Below, one piece after another: positions 12,801-27,800 of a stretch of DNA of 64,000 nucleotides. Both the position numbers and the translations under genes were made by a program. Position 1 is the stretch's first letter, and each line of letters begins with the position of its first letter. This DNA comes from Hydrolagus affinis. Lineage: Eukaryota. The notes beneath the pieces are model-generated. The model saw only the letters and a program-made list of their open reading frames with translations, was not told the origin of the DNA and ran no database searches. Location of the stretch: the NCBI GenBank assembly GCA_012026655.1, contig JAAILG010000206.1:1-64000 (forward strand), in the 5' to 3' direction.

Positions 12801-15800
12801 ATGTCATTATTATTTTTAAAGTAGTCTGAAAACAATCCTTTTGAATGGTCGAAACCAGAGTATTTCAGAATAAAATTTCAACGTTGTACAACTACGAAAC
12901 TCTGCATTTCGGGAAAACACTCATAATCATTATTATTAATATGTAACTACAGCTGGTAGAATTCATCTTCAATAACAACAGAAAGAATTTCATGCCAGTC
13001 TTCATTCACTTACCATGTAGCCATCATCCCCTGGCTCCCCCCGGTCTCCACGAGATCCTGCAGGGCCCTATGAAACAGAGCAATCAGTAACATAAAGCAT
13101 GCAAGTAGTTATCTGTCAATCATAAGCCATTGAAATTTTGCAGACTTTGATTTCCATGTCTAGTTACATTTAAACCACTCAGCTTTTAAATAAGGTTTGC
13201 ACGTAAATTTACCATGATTCTGCAATGTTAGGTCTACTTGCTTTCTAAGTCTCGATATTTTCGCTTGGTTTTGAAACAGAATAAATCAGGTTTGAATCAC
13301 GGTGATTTGTGCTGGTGTCAGCTGCAGAGACCACATTGAGGGGGTTGTTTCACAAGGATATCAATTTGCATCACTGCATTTCAAATGCAGGCAGTTTGAA
13401 TCAATACAACCTCCAACTTGAAAATTGCCCTTTCAAGGTTGTTATGAACCATTCTAAAAACGGCACCAGAGATTGGTGCTGACTGGAGACTTCCTGGTGA
13501 GAGCAATTCAGAGACTGAAATATATATATTGGACTTCCTTCAGTAAAACTGGGTATAAGAAATCTTTTAACGAGTTAAAGCAGAATATATTATACCACTT
13601 TGCTACAAAATTAAACTGGTCTAAGCATCCATAATGAGGAACAAATGATAAATGAAAGTTCAAGATGCTCAGTACGGCAAAAATTGGGAGGTGTCTGTGA
13701 CTGTGCCAAACGGATATTATTTGTTATATACCTATATGAAAATATAGCTGTTTAGCGCCAGCCTTCCTTGAAGCACTCTGTACTTCCCTGTGAAAGTACC
13801 TTTGATTAACAGAGTTGAGTTGTAGTACTCATGACCTCTCCAAGAATACCATGACAGCGCAGAATTTGGAAGTTCATGCAACTATGTTGAAGCAGGGGAA
13901 TCTGGTGCCACCAGCTAGGAGACACTCAATCACGTCTGTTATGTATTATTGGTTCACATCTAGGTGACAGAACTGACACTACACATCTTTACTTGAGATA
14001 CACATGCCTTTCCTATTTGGCCTAGAATGGAAAAACGTGGGCAGAAACCTTTTCTACAGAATGTGTGTCTATGAAAAATAAAAATTCATTTACAAAAATC
14101 GTTGGAATGGATTGGAATAATATGGTTATCCAGCAAGCAGAGCTTTTTCATAGAACTTACCTTACCTTGGTGAGGTAAGTCTATAGGAAGCTAGCTTGAT
14201 AGGTAACCTCCAAGTTCTCTTTAATAACATCTTAAGAGAAAACAAATTAGAATCAATGCTATTAGAGCTACTTGCCATGAATTATTGCCAATTTTATTAA
14301 GTGTAGCGTTCGAGAATCAGTTTGTAAATCAAACCTTCAGAATGTTCCTTTACACAACCTTTTTGTGGTGGAAGGAATATCCATGCCATTTAGTAGGTCA
14401 GCTATTTTAAAATGAATTCTCATTTCACTCTTAAGTTTCCTAGAGATAATTTTTTTCCCCCTTTCTCAGGATGATGCACCATTTTCCTACCAATTGTGAA
14501 GTGTGCAAATATGATGCATAATGAACTGTCAGGTGATCTATGAAAATGACTGGGTTTAATTTCTCCTCAACCTTCCCCCACCCCTTCACTCCACCCCTCC
14601 TCTACCCACCAGTGCTCAGTGAAGAAGTGATTCTCACTGCTGATCTCATTATGTTTAACATGGTATTCTATCACTCTATGAAATGCTGCACTCTCTATTT
14701 TAAATACTGTTAGAAAATTTATGGATGTACATTTTTCCACTGATAGGTAGATTATGTGAAGGAACATATGCTGAAAGGCATCTCTGAATCCAAGTTTTTT
14801 TTATAGTCCAAAATATTTATAATAATTTACGGTGAAAAGTATAACCTACTGGATCACCTGGAGGCCCAGGCAGCCCTGTGGAACTGCTCGCTTCTCCCGG
14901 ATAGCCCTGGATAGTAAAAGAAATACATTTGCCTGTAAATTGTGCAACAAATTTAATCGTAGCAACATTCAATTTATTTTATATAAATTGTCGTCCTTCA
15001 TTTTCGAGGTACACTTTACTTCAGTGCAAAAACATTCTGTAAAATGAGATTGTAACATTAAGAAGATAAAAACATACAAAATGCTAGGCAAAAAAAAGCC
15101 ATTGTCCTTCTATTTTGGCTTCCACCTTCCTGGTGGTCACATGTACCTATGTCCTGAATTACGCATATACTATATCCTATAATGTTATTTCCTAAAAGAA
15201 AACAAATCTAATCTGTGTTTGAAGGAATCAACAATTCCTGCTTCTTCTGTCTCCCTAGGGAGCCTTTCCACAGGTTTACTCTTCACTCACTGAAGTAGTG
15301 TTTCCATAGATTCCTTCTAAATTTACCCCCTTTCAATTGTAGGCCATGTCCTCTTGTTTTATTATTAATAACAATGAAACTGTAAATGCACAATGTTATC
15401 AAGAAGTAACTTCTCCAAGATGAAGATTGGCCTCCAAAATACCGTCACTAAACTCTGAAGTGCTTTGAGATGTTCTCCCAGCGTGAAAAGCGCAATATCA
15501 GTTGCAAGTGGGTAGAGCCCGACAAAACCTGGAATGATTGGGGAGATTTGTGCTAGTGAGGATAAAGGCAGTGGAGTTTGGAATCAGCTAGATTTGATGA
15601 ATAGTGTAGGCATGGAGGCCAGCAAGAATGCCATTGGAGAAATTGACAAATGGGTGGATAAAATAATTGTATTTTACCTTTTCACCCTTTGGTCCTGGTG
15701 GTCCAGAAGATCCTTGTGCTCCTTGATGACCCTGAAATTAATATATGTTTTATTGTTGCTCAGTTCATTCTTCAGTATTTTAACTTCTGTATCAGATACC

Positions 15801-18800
15801 AGAACAATTCATATAACCTAAATTGTCACATCTTAAAATCCCCAGAGATTTTCTCAGAATACTCTAGGTGAATGGAAAAAATATATACACATAATATAAT
15901 ATATAAAATTGATAAATTGTACCAATTGTAAAGATGCAAGTTCGAGAATTTGGAGGCAACACAAAAATTCTAATTGGAGCTACTCCAATATCTTAGTTGG
16001 TCAATCAAAGTTTAATGCTAAATTAAGTTAAACAGACCTTAAAGTCTCAAATTAGGTCCTAGATTACTTAGGATGCATCTGATGTCTATTTTCACCACAG
16101 TCTCAACCAATACAAAATATTTGTTACATTTTTTAAAGCACATCTGGTTTATTCTCTGTCTATTCTTATACATATGATCTTTGCTGAAGAATAGGCTGCC
16201 TGTCCTATTGGGATAAAATGATAGCAGAACAAAGATAGCCAAAGTGCATTAAAGTACTATGTGTATTTTAATTCCTATTTGTCATCACTCACCCCATATC
16301 CCGAAAGTCCCGGTTCTCCCCTTGGACCCATCAAACCAAAAGTTCCCTACAAAGATATGAATATTTACTGTACACATAAACAGGAAATGTATATTAAAAA
16401 TAAAATCTCATGTTAATCCAGCAGCAAAAATAGGTGGGAAGTGGGTTTTGTGCTTGTTGTTCTTCTCAGTAGCCAGCCAAATAATTTCAGCAGTGATATG
16501 TTGTAGGTAAGTGCTGATCAGACGCCAAGTGCATGCCCAGGGGAAGGAAAGAAATTTGGAGGAAGAGCGGTCCCTGAACCACTGCTTTATACGTAGGCAG
16601 CTAGGTCAAGCCCAGTGATGAGGCCTAGACACAGTTCCCTGGCTTGGTTTAGGCAATGACTTATAACACAGGAAATAATACAGTAAGTAACAATGGAGTT
16701 TGACTCCCAAAAGGTAATTCAATAAGATTTAGTTAAAACAAATGATCCAGCACAAGCTGAGCTAGTTTGAATGCACAATAAGCAATTGATATAGAGTATG
16801 CTTCGCCTAGGGTATTTCTGAACCATTTGCATGTGTGCAGAATGTAAATACTCATTTTCCCCCCCACAAGTTAAACACACATAAATAAAGCACCTTCTGC
16901 TGCCTTGCTAATAGATAGCAGTTGTCTGGTCTTATTGTCTGATGTTGAAGGAGAAACTGGATTGCGTGAAATGTGAACAAACTCATGAGGGGCTGGATAC
17001 TGCTGTTGCAAGTGGGGAGTCTGGAGAGGATTCTTGGCACAACACAGTGGAAATTTATTAATTGTTTACTGAATTTGTCCTGTTGCATTGAGGGGAAATA
17101 GAGAGGGACTCATACAGTTTCAAAGAATTTTGTATCCTATTCTAATCCTGAAAGTCCTGGCTCACAGATTTTATTGTGTGAAGCACATGTTTGATGTGCA
17201 AACACAAACACATGTTACCATGGATTAGATGCTCAGTCTTTGAACATTTTCAAGGCTGAGACTGATAGATTTTTTTTTAAATAGAGCGATTAGGGGATAT
17301 GGGGATAAGGCAGGTAACTAGAGTTAGGTCAGAAGATCAGCCATGATCTTATCAAATGGCGGGGCAGGCTTGAGGAGCCAAATGGCCTACTCCTGCTCCT
17401 AATTCTTATGTTCTTATGTTCTTAAGGTGAACAAATTCTCCGGCACTTTGATTGCTTAAAAAATTACCATTGGCCCCCGTGTTCCCCTTGATCCTTTTGG
17501 TCCTGGTTTTCCTTCAGCACCTAGAAGACCTGTGTCACCTCCTTCACCTAGATGCCCTTGTTTGCCCCTTTCACCCTGAACACAGCAAAATACAAAATTA
17601 ATAACTTTTCTAAAAAAAAATTAGTTTTTAACAAACCAGAATTAATTCAATTTAAAAGAGCCAGCCTGACTCTACAAAAAGCATTTAAATCTTAATATTT
17701 AAGCAAAGTCAATTCACAAACACAAAACAGGAACCTTTTTGCCTTGTCGTCCTCGCTGTCCTTGTTTTCCACGTTTCCCTTCAGGTCCCTGTGAATGAAA
17801 AGTGAGAAACACATGTATGCATTTTATTCCAGGATGATGAGAACCAAGAGCTTCAATTCACTTGTGCTTAGTTTATTCAGTCTCTGCTCCAAAATGGTAT
17901 TGAAACATTACTTGTTGATCCAATGGCTGACACCTTCCAGTGCTACGCAATCATACTTTTTAATAACATTAAAAACTAACTTAGCTACCCTGGCTCTCAT
18001 CTCAAGAGGTAGATAGGAATCAGGGATTCTGTTTTCAAATTAATCTCCTTCCAGCAGTTTAGACCAGGTAACAAGAACCAATTTTTTGTTAAGATAGCCA
18101 ATCGTAAAAAGAAAAATTAACATTTATAGTGACTCAACAGTACGCCTTTGTAATAATCATATGGAATGTTAAACAAAGCTACAAAGTAAACACTATATCA
18201 TGTTTGTTGTAGGAAAACGAACAAATACTAATCAGCATATAAAGTTGTAACAATTTGCATTTAGCATTTGACATTCTTTTGATTGGATCACACAGCAGAT
18301 CTTTATCATAGTCATTAAACAATGTACTTACTGGCATGCCATTTATCCCAGATCCTCCAACTGAACCTGCACTTCCTCGAGCTCCAGTGTTGCCTCTTTC
18401 TCCCGTCTCACCTTGACGACCTCGATCACCAGGTTCACCCTATCACAACAGTGTGAATAATTAAACTAAAGGAAATACTACCATCAATACTTAGCACTGA
18501 ACAGTGCTTAAAAAAGGGAGATTGGTTCACTTCAATCAGACCAAATTATCTCACTTCTCCCACCCTGACCAACCTTGTGCCAATCCTCCCACTTATACGT
18601 GTTCCTATTCAATAGCACAAAGAGAGAATAGAGTAGATTATAGGTACTGTAAAAACCTTCCTGTGCCATCACTTATTACCAGGTGAATTTCATAGAATAG
18701 CTATTCTACTTGTACTGATAGTCAGTATCTGTATGAATGTCACATATGTTTTGTTGTAAGCTTGATATTTAATTGTAAGTTTTCAATAATCCGCCTACAA

Positions 18801-21800
18801 TTTCAGTAGTATTGCTGTGGCGCTCGAATTACAGTACAAACATTAAAATTCAGAAATACAAGTTTCATTTCAAATCTATAGGAAGTTCAATAGAAATATA
18901 ACTACATGCACTGAGTACAGTGAATGTGATGGACAGCGCTCATCTTACATTTGCATTGGGTTTACACCACATTTAGCAAGCTGGTATGAAACTTTCTTCG
19001 AAAGAAAAAGTTCTGCACAAACTTGCAAAACAAAGCTGCTGTTAAGTCAGACAAGTCTGTGCTTTTGTATGGTAGTAATTGTACCAGCTGATTTTGAAAT
19101 AGTTCACCTGACTTTTTTTTTCTCCAAAGTGACAATTTCATTGAATAGTGGAATACAGGTGGGAGTTAGTGAGGTCAGGGTGCAGAATTTCTGCCCTAAA
19201 CCAGGTTGCACAGGATTTGGGCACGTTTGCTACAAAGGCTTGCCACTGAGAATCACAGATATCTCTTGAGATAAATGTAACTGGTTATTTATCTGTGTCC
19301 CCCTACTCTCACACAAAAATCTAGACCCTGTAAGTTTAATGTATGGCTTTACCTTTATTCCATCTTTTCCCTGAAGACCATCTTCTCCTATGGGACCTGG
19401 TTCTCCCTAGATTAGGAAAGATTCTTGTTTTAGGAGGGGTAAAAGAAAATATACTGTATATATTCTTAATGGAAGTAACACTTAAAGTATCAATTAATAT
19501 GAAGCCTTATGCTGTGAGAATTATTGATAAGTGAATTTTGAGTTTTAAGCAAAGAAAATTCTGCCACAATGACTGTGCAGATTCTGAAGTTTGAGAAAAA
19601 ACTTTCTTTTTACACAACATGGAAATTAAAATGGACACCTTACCCATGCTCTGATGGGTAAATATGCACGGATAGAGTAATAATAGAACAGAAGGAGGAC
19701 CTCAGTGACGTGTTGTAGTTTTATTTATGGGAGTACACATTCAAACCTTCAATTTGGATAATAATCCGTCCCCCCAAAAAAACACAATAATAAAAATTGG
19801 TCATTTCAATCCGCAACTGTTTGTGGGACACTGCTGTGCGCAATTGGCTGCTGCGATTCGCCCACAAATATACAGTCAATTCACTTTATAGTATGTTCTG
19901 TGAAGCCTTTTGAGACATCGACAAGATGTGAAAAACGCTATATCAAATGCAAGGATTATTATTATTATTATATTCAGTAGTCTGGCAGAAGCATTTTAAG
20001 TGCATAATTTCAGATACCCACACATACTACAGTTTGCTTCCTGTGGGGGAAAAGCCTTCCAAAAATAATGCAAATTAAACTGCAATCTCATTTTGTAGAA
20101 AAAATAGATATTGATAAAAATTTATTCATGTTGATAAAGTGTGAAAATATTGTAAATATTGTGCCATGATGTGTTAAAAAATCCACCCCACCCTCAAGCA
20201 CATGACAGAGCCAGATCTTGGTAGCAGAGAATTCTAAACACTACAATGGGATATTGTTCTTGTGCTGCAATGTAAGGTATGATTTACTTTTTGGCTCCAA
20301 ACGTGGTTACTTTTCTAGGCAGACAATAGACACAGTTATTTGGCACATTAATATTAATGCAAGGCAAAGCAGCACTTCATAATTGCAAACCCCTTGAGTC
20401 GTGATTCTTCAGATTACAACAATATTAATTTTTTTAAGACAACGAAGAAGTTAAGCAGAGTCAGAGACAAAAAAGGCAAGATATTGTATGGAACTCCAAC
20501 TCACTCTTAATCCCGGTTGTCCTGGTTCTCCGACGTTTCCAGCTGGTCCAACTTCACCCTGTTTTATTCAAAAGAGAGCTTCATAATACAAAATAAAGAA
20601 TAGAACATGCAACATTCACAGGATCAGCAAATTATGTTTCCACCTCTGTTTGGTCATTTACTTTATTCTGCACTGTGAATATAATCTTTTTTTTGGTTCC
20701 ACTTGTTCCTTTTATTAATCCTTTCAAATTTTGTTGACAATTGTAAGGGGGTACTCTGCAAGCTTCCTGGCTTTTGAAGTGTGCATGTGCAATGGGGTAT
20801 CCCATTCTAAAAGCACATCATCAAAACGAGATGAAATGCATTGCCACACAGAGATCATTTCAAACAATAGATGTCACCTCCATATTATGAACTTTGTAAA
20901 GATTGATGGGACCAAAAGGCAGCAGCGTAGCTGGAAGGGGAAGTGAAAGTCTAGACAAGAGATCAAGCTTCGGTCACCAGGCAATAGCAATAGGTTTGAG
21001 GTATTATGCAGAGCAAGCAGGTTACTAGCACTGGGAGAAGGCTTCCTGTAGACCAGCAGAAGGATACATTGAAGGAAATGAGGCACAGACATAGTTGAGC
21101 AGAAGCCAAAATGCTGGAAAACTTGACTATAAGATTTGTGACTACGAAGCATTAAAATGGAAATTTGCTTTGAATGGTGCTGTCTTGAAGAAATTCACTT
21201 GTTGTAATTGTTGGAATTTATTTTAAATGTTGGAAGGTCATGTTTTTGTGTTGTTCTCTTCCTTTTCTTCAGGTCTCCCTGTACAGGCATAAATCCATAA
21301 TCTTCAAAGGTGTGCAAATTAATCGCTTTTAGTCACAATGCGCCGTGGTGCAGAATGCTGAAGCTCCATTATACCAGCTACAGAGGGCAATGATTAACAG
21401 TTGTAATACTATAACAGAATCCAGAGATAAAAGCAGCATTGTTTGAAGCCAGAATAAGCAATAACAAAAAGACAAACAAAGGATTTAGAGTCAATATGAA
21501 CAAACATGGCTAAGAACCTTTGGGATAATGAATGGAAAGTTTATGCACTGTGTCTAGGCTACTTTCCAGTAATACACACGTCAAAAGGGTACATTGAAAG
21601 AACTGTCATTGAATCCTTATTGCTTTTGCTCTTCATAGCTAAGTGGTTAGTTAGAGCACTCGCCTCTCGGCAGGACGAAGTGTTGGGCAAAGTGTCCTTA
21701 CTACACATGTCTCTGTACCCAGTGGTAAGTAAAAACTCGGTTGTTGAATCGCTTTTCTGGGGGGTAATAATACCGTAAAAAATAAATAATATTAGTAGAT

Positions 21801-24800
21801 TGGTCACTTCAATCCACAACTGTTTGCGGGAAACTGCTGTGCGTAATTGGCTGCCGTTTCACTCACAAAATATTCACCTTACAGTATATTCCACCCCGAA
21901 TTCTTCGACCTCCCCTTCGTGTTTCACCCCCGCCCAAACACTCCCCTCCCAGCTCGGGTCACACGCCCCCTGTGCAGCGCCTTGGGACGTCCTCCCGACG
22001 TGAAAGGCGCTCTATAAATGTAATTTGTTGTTGTTGTTGTTATTCTGTGAAGCGCTTTGTGAGACATCCCGAAGATGTGAGAGGCGCTATATCAAACCCA
22101 AGGATTATTTTTATCTGAACCAGCTGCCAATGGGAGCACTGAATCTAAAATAAAAAAAACTGAACCATGTAAATACAGTGACAAGTATATTTGGTTGCCT
22201 GAGGTGAACAAGCAAAATAACAACAACAACTTTGATTTATATAGCGCCCTCCACGCCGGACGGTGTCTCAGAGCGCTTTACAATAGCGGATCCCGGGACC
22301 GAGCCAGGGGCAGGGGCAGAAAGGTGAGCAAAAGCTCGGTCGAAGAGAAAGGTCTTCAACTGTGACCTGAAACTGGGAAGAGAGGGGGCGAGGCGAAGGG
22401 AGTGAGGAAGGGAGTTCCAGAGCCTCAGGGCGTAGTGGCTGAAGGCATGTCCGCCGAGTGGAGCGGAGGATTCAGGGGATATGGAGGAGGCCAGACCAAG
22501 AGGAGCAAAGGCAACGGGTGCTGGTTTGGGGGGAGAGATCAGAGAGATAGGGGGGTGCAGAGGAGTGGAGGGATTTGAAAACAAGGGTGAGGATCTTGAA
22601 GTCGATCCTCTCTGGGATAGGGAGCGAGCGAAGTCTGGCAAGGACTGGGGTAATGGGGGGAGCGAAGCTTGGAGCGGGTGAGTAGAGTTTGGATTAGCTG
22701 GATTTTGTGGATTGCGGTGGAGGGGAGACCGGAGAGGAGGGCGTCTCAATAGTCCAGCCGAGAGGTGACAAAGGCAAGGACCAAGGTTTCAGTGGCTTTT
22801 GGGGTGAGGTATTGCCGGAGACGGACGATCCGTCGGAGGTGGTAGAAGGCAGTGCTGGAAAAGGACCGGATGTGGGGGAGGAAGGACAGTTGGGGGTCGA
22901 ACCTGACGCCTAGAGTTTTAGGGGCAGGCCGGGAAGGTGGAGGAGGTGAGAGCAGTGTGAATATAACTAGTACAATTAAGTGAAATGGAACACATAAAAC
23001 CTAAATTTATGTTTTGGAGTATTATTTTTCATTTGTATTTGTCATGCACAAGTTCCACCTCATTCTGCTGGAAAGTCTAACAATTTCTAGAAGCTGGATG
23101 TTTGAACTCTGTGTTATAATGTTTCGGTTCAAAGAAGCATCAGATCTCTGGCAGAATGTGAACTTCTCCCAGCTGTTGACAGGAAATTGTAATTCCTTTC
23201 TGAACACCACTGCATCTTCCCACAAGCAGCATCCATTCATTGGTTGTAAAATGTATCGCACTTACCTTTGTCCCAGGGTCCCCTACATGACCAACATCAC
23301 CCGTAGAGCCTGAAATTCCCTGTGAAATAACACGTTATCTATGTTACTATAATGCACTTAATCTGATGATTACAAAGGCTGACTGAGTTATTCTGCTGAA
23401 CCAAAACTATCCCCAACTAAAACAGATCAAATCCGATAGGTTGGTAACATAAAAACCAAGGCAAAATATATGTTACCTCAAGTCCAGTTTCTCCTACAGG
23501 CCCAGCTTCTCCTGGTTGTCCTCGAGGGCCCTACAAAGAAAGGATATTGGCAAAATGTAACACTTTTAAGACATAAAAATAGAGATTACTTTCAACAAGA
23601 GGATAATATAGCCATCCACAAGCTTCACTAGTGACACAATAGTAAAATATATATAGACATCACACACACACACACACACACACATGTGTACAACAAGAGT
23701 TATTCCACACAGAATTCATCATGGTCACAATTTACAAAACATAATGTATTATTCCTCATGTTTATGTACTTCATTTTGCGCCAGATATACTAGATTTTCT
23801 TTCCGCATGTGTACAGATTATTTTTCTGTAAAGAAAATATGTTTGTTCCCAGGAATATCTTGAGAGATCACCAATGTGATGCACATAGAATGAAAGCTCA
23901 CAACTGTCGTTCCGAAGTTGAAAGTGAACTCACTGGTGGCCCTGCAGGTCCCACATCTCCTCTGCTTCCTGGAAACCCCGCCTGACCCTAAACAGAGATG
24001 AAAGGGATGAGACCCAATGTTTAGCAATGTATTTTAATGAGCCTTGAAGTTTATCCAATGCCATAATCAAAACAACAAATACGACGAACTCCAATGCAAG
24101 TAATTGCAGGAAATTATGTACATATTCGTAAATGAAAATGTGCTCAGTTTGCGTTTAATCACAATGCACATGTGCTCCAAGAATATTTCCATTTCAACGT
24201 GATCAACAGTGGAATTATGAAAAGTGGCAGTGAGAGATTGTGGGGTACAGTATTCTGCTCCGTTTGCTAAACTTACTAAATTTGGCCGAGGTTGTTGCTG
24301 TACGTTTTTAAGTAACTGAATGAGCTATTAAATTTATACATTCATTTTATAATATTTTATCACAGCTGTTTCAGAGAGTCAGCAAGTATATCCTCAGATT
24401 TGATCTGCCACTATTTCTTTGGACTGCGACAGGTGGGTTTTCAAATACAGATACAATATAATTATTCTAGTGAGCAGGGATTTGAATGTAAACCCTCCAT
24501 ATAACTCCAAGTGAACTTGCACTAGGAAAATGTGTCATTCAACCAATTGGTCAGCAATGAGAAGCTGAGGAGGGAGAATCTATGAGACATCTGCTGTACC
24601 AAGTGAACATCTGCAACCAATTTTATGTTCTGGAACAAGTAAATGACCAGAATGCAAATAACATGAATCATAAGATAGCTGCAATCATGAGTCAGGGAAC
24701 TCAAGATAGTTATCACAGAAATCATGCCATGCAAATGACATTGCTGATTCCCAATGCGTGTGGTGACACCATATGCATGAGAGCATAGACTGATCTTAAT

Positions 24801-27800
24801 ACTGTTCTTCAGTATAAGAATACGAATTAGAACTTAACTGAAGGGAACCTATGAAAATTGTAAGACGTAGTGCAAAGTTCATTATTTTTAGTGCTGCATG
24901 TGGGACAGAACCTCTGTGACAGGACTGTTATGATGATTAACCAATGAACTACTGCGAATGGAGGCTGAAATTTTTGCCATGTTTAACATTTTTGCTGTGC
25001 TTCTTTGCTCTTGGCTTTACAGTGATATGGAGTGGAATGCCAATTTGTACTTGCTGCACCAAATACTGTTGCTTCAAAATCAGAGGTGAAAATAAACCAC
25101 CCATTTAGGCAATTCTGCATTTTCCTATTATTAAAGCACTGATCACATAACTGACTGAATATACAGCAGCACCATTCACACTGTTTGAGCCTCAGACTAT
25201 GTTTCATGTTTAGCAGGACATCACTGCCAAAAAAATTCACAGCAATTCACCACCAAATGTGCAATATACACATAGTGTTCACTTTATAAGCCGCAAAGAA
25301 AGCCTCAGGGTTAACCCGAGCCTCCATTTTAAATTTGTCCTGCACTAAAGTTTATATTTAACTCAGCATCTTATGAATGAAAACTGCTTCCCTTGGAGTT
25401 CATTTTTATTGCTCTCATCTTTGTTAACATCATGGCAAACACTTGACTTCATGATGACCTTTCGAAGTGTGAGTGGGATGCGATCGTCTGACCAGACAGT
25501 GCTGCTTCCTCACGACAGATGGAAATAACAGCTGTAAGTGTGACTGAGCTTCTGGAGATGGAATTAACCAGTTCCAAATCCATTTTGAACTCTTCTAACA
25601 TGAATAAGAAGTCAGGAAAGTGAATTCATATTAATTTTAAAAGCACCAACTCTGAAAATTGTTCACAATTCATGATGGATTAAGCCATTTGCCAGAGTTT
25701 CTACCACAATGGTGGCATTTAATCAGCACAAAAACTATTGCTGTGATGAAATGCAATTTGTATTTTCACTGTGAAGTTCAGTATTACAGTGTTGCCCATT
25801 TTTTGCAAACGAAAAGTAACTCTTATTGAAATCAACTGCCTTTTAATAACAACAAAATTACATTTATAGAGCGCCTTTCACGTTGGGAGAACATCGCAAG
25901 GCACTGGCAAACACTGGCAACTGGAATGCTGAAATGTCGCAGTAAACATTTCAATTAAATGGTACATACTAACTCCCATCCTGCCTACACCCATCCATGC
26001 TTCCTGCTAACCCTATCTTTCCTTGTTTCAGAACAGAGCAGGAAAAAATCCCTGCCACCTATTTGCAAATTTGGTGACATGTTATCTAGTTACCTGACTT
26101 CTTATTGGACATTAAAATCCAATTGCTATTGATCTTCAAACCAACATTAATAACAATTTAATGGCAATTTAAAAAACTAACAAGGCTTCCATCATTTTTC
26201 ACACTATATTCTGTATCTTAGCAGTTATTCTATGTGGTGAATTCTACTGTTCATCTAAAGCCAAAGTAGATTAAAAGATTTTTGAAATGAATTATCCAGA
26301 AAACTAAATATTTGAAGAGCCCCAAAATAATGGGCTTGCCTGTCAATATACTGAGCCCTCGCTATTTTAAAACTGGTCCCTGAACCCTTCCTAAAAACTG
26401 CTTTGACAAACCCATTGTTTGAATTTTAATGGCATCACCAGCCCTGTAAAACCGTCGGGGAGATGTCTTTCCGTTGTTTATAAATACTGTACATGACCCA
26501 GTTAAGCCATTAAGATTGAAAACCCATCACTGCAAAACTCGACGTCTAATTTGGGAAAAGAGAGGCCGGATGGTTTGCGATACTACTTTCTATCCTTAAA
26601 ATGGAATGATTTTCCCCTTTAAGCCTTGTGCTGTAGTGACTATCATTTTCTCAAGTACTTGATGAGCCTCAGAAGTCAACCACAAGTGATGCATTTAAGT
26701 ATTTGAGTAGGATGTTCAACATGGCCTTCCTCTGCTACCAGGTTTGCAAATCTGTGTCACATTAAAATTATATGAGTAAAGAATTTATATTAAAAAAACT
26801 GTCAAATAAATCACATCATACATCCAGTTAAAGAATATACAGACAGTAGCTTCAAACCTGAGAATCATTTACTTATTTCAATTTGTGTAAAAATAAACTG
26901 CGTTTAAAATTGTGTGTTTTTTAATGTATTTTTCTGGCGTGTGTGTGGGAGGATGAATTGTCTCAAAACAATGCTAATTCTTGCTCATATAGATATTAAT
27001 ATTTACCGATAAAAGCAAATCTATGATCTTTGGCACATTTGAAAGCAACAAATAGAAACATTCTACTCAAGCAAAATCAACCCAAATCATCCCTACTCTT
27101 GTTCTAACTCATTTTCAGAACTCAGTTGGAACAAACTGGCTGAGACCACACACACTTGATCCCAAAGGCCAGTAAGAGATAACCTGAAAGATTTTGCATT
27201 TTGTTAATAGTGAGATCATAGAAATACCATCTGTAACCCAACACCACCCCTCTCCCCACCACCTGCGCGCACACACACGTACACACACAATTTTTTCCAA
27301 CATATCACATATGGTATTCTTATGCCTGATGAGTGATTATAATAAAAAAAAGTATAAAAGCAAAGTGCTGCCCTTGGTTTGAACCTGTGTTACATAAAAC
27401 ATTAGTGTGTACACGGACCCAAACAAAAAGGGATTAACAAAACTGCTGAGGGGGATTTTGGATCATTAATACTTTTCCCTTCGCATTGCACAGCAGAGAT
27501 GTTTGCTGATCTTTGACTTGGAAAGTACTCCTTGAATCTATCCACGGCCAAATCTTGATTTTCAAACATTATTTTCGAGAATTAGAATAAAACATACTGC
27601 ACAGAGATCACAAGTGGCCCATTTATCCACTGATCATGAATGAAAAATTCCAGACCACTTCTCTCATCTGAGCTGCAGTAAATCTGGATTTTGTGTGTGA
27701 GCACCCGAGGGAGTAATTCTCTATTTGCTGGTAAATCCATGGTCTTTGGTGGTGTGTGCTTAAAATCGGAAAATCCCATGAAATTTAACAAGTAGAAAAT

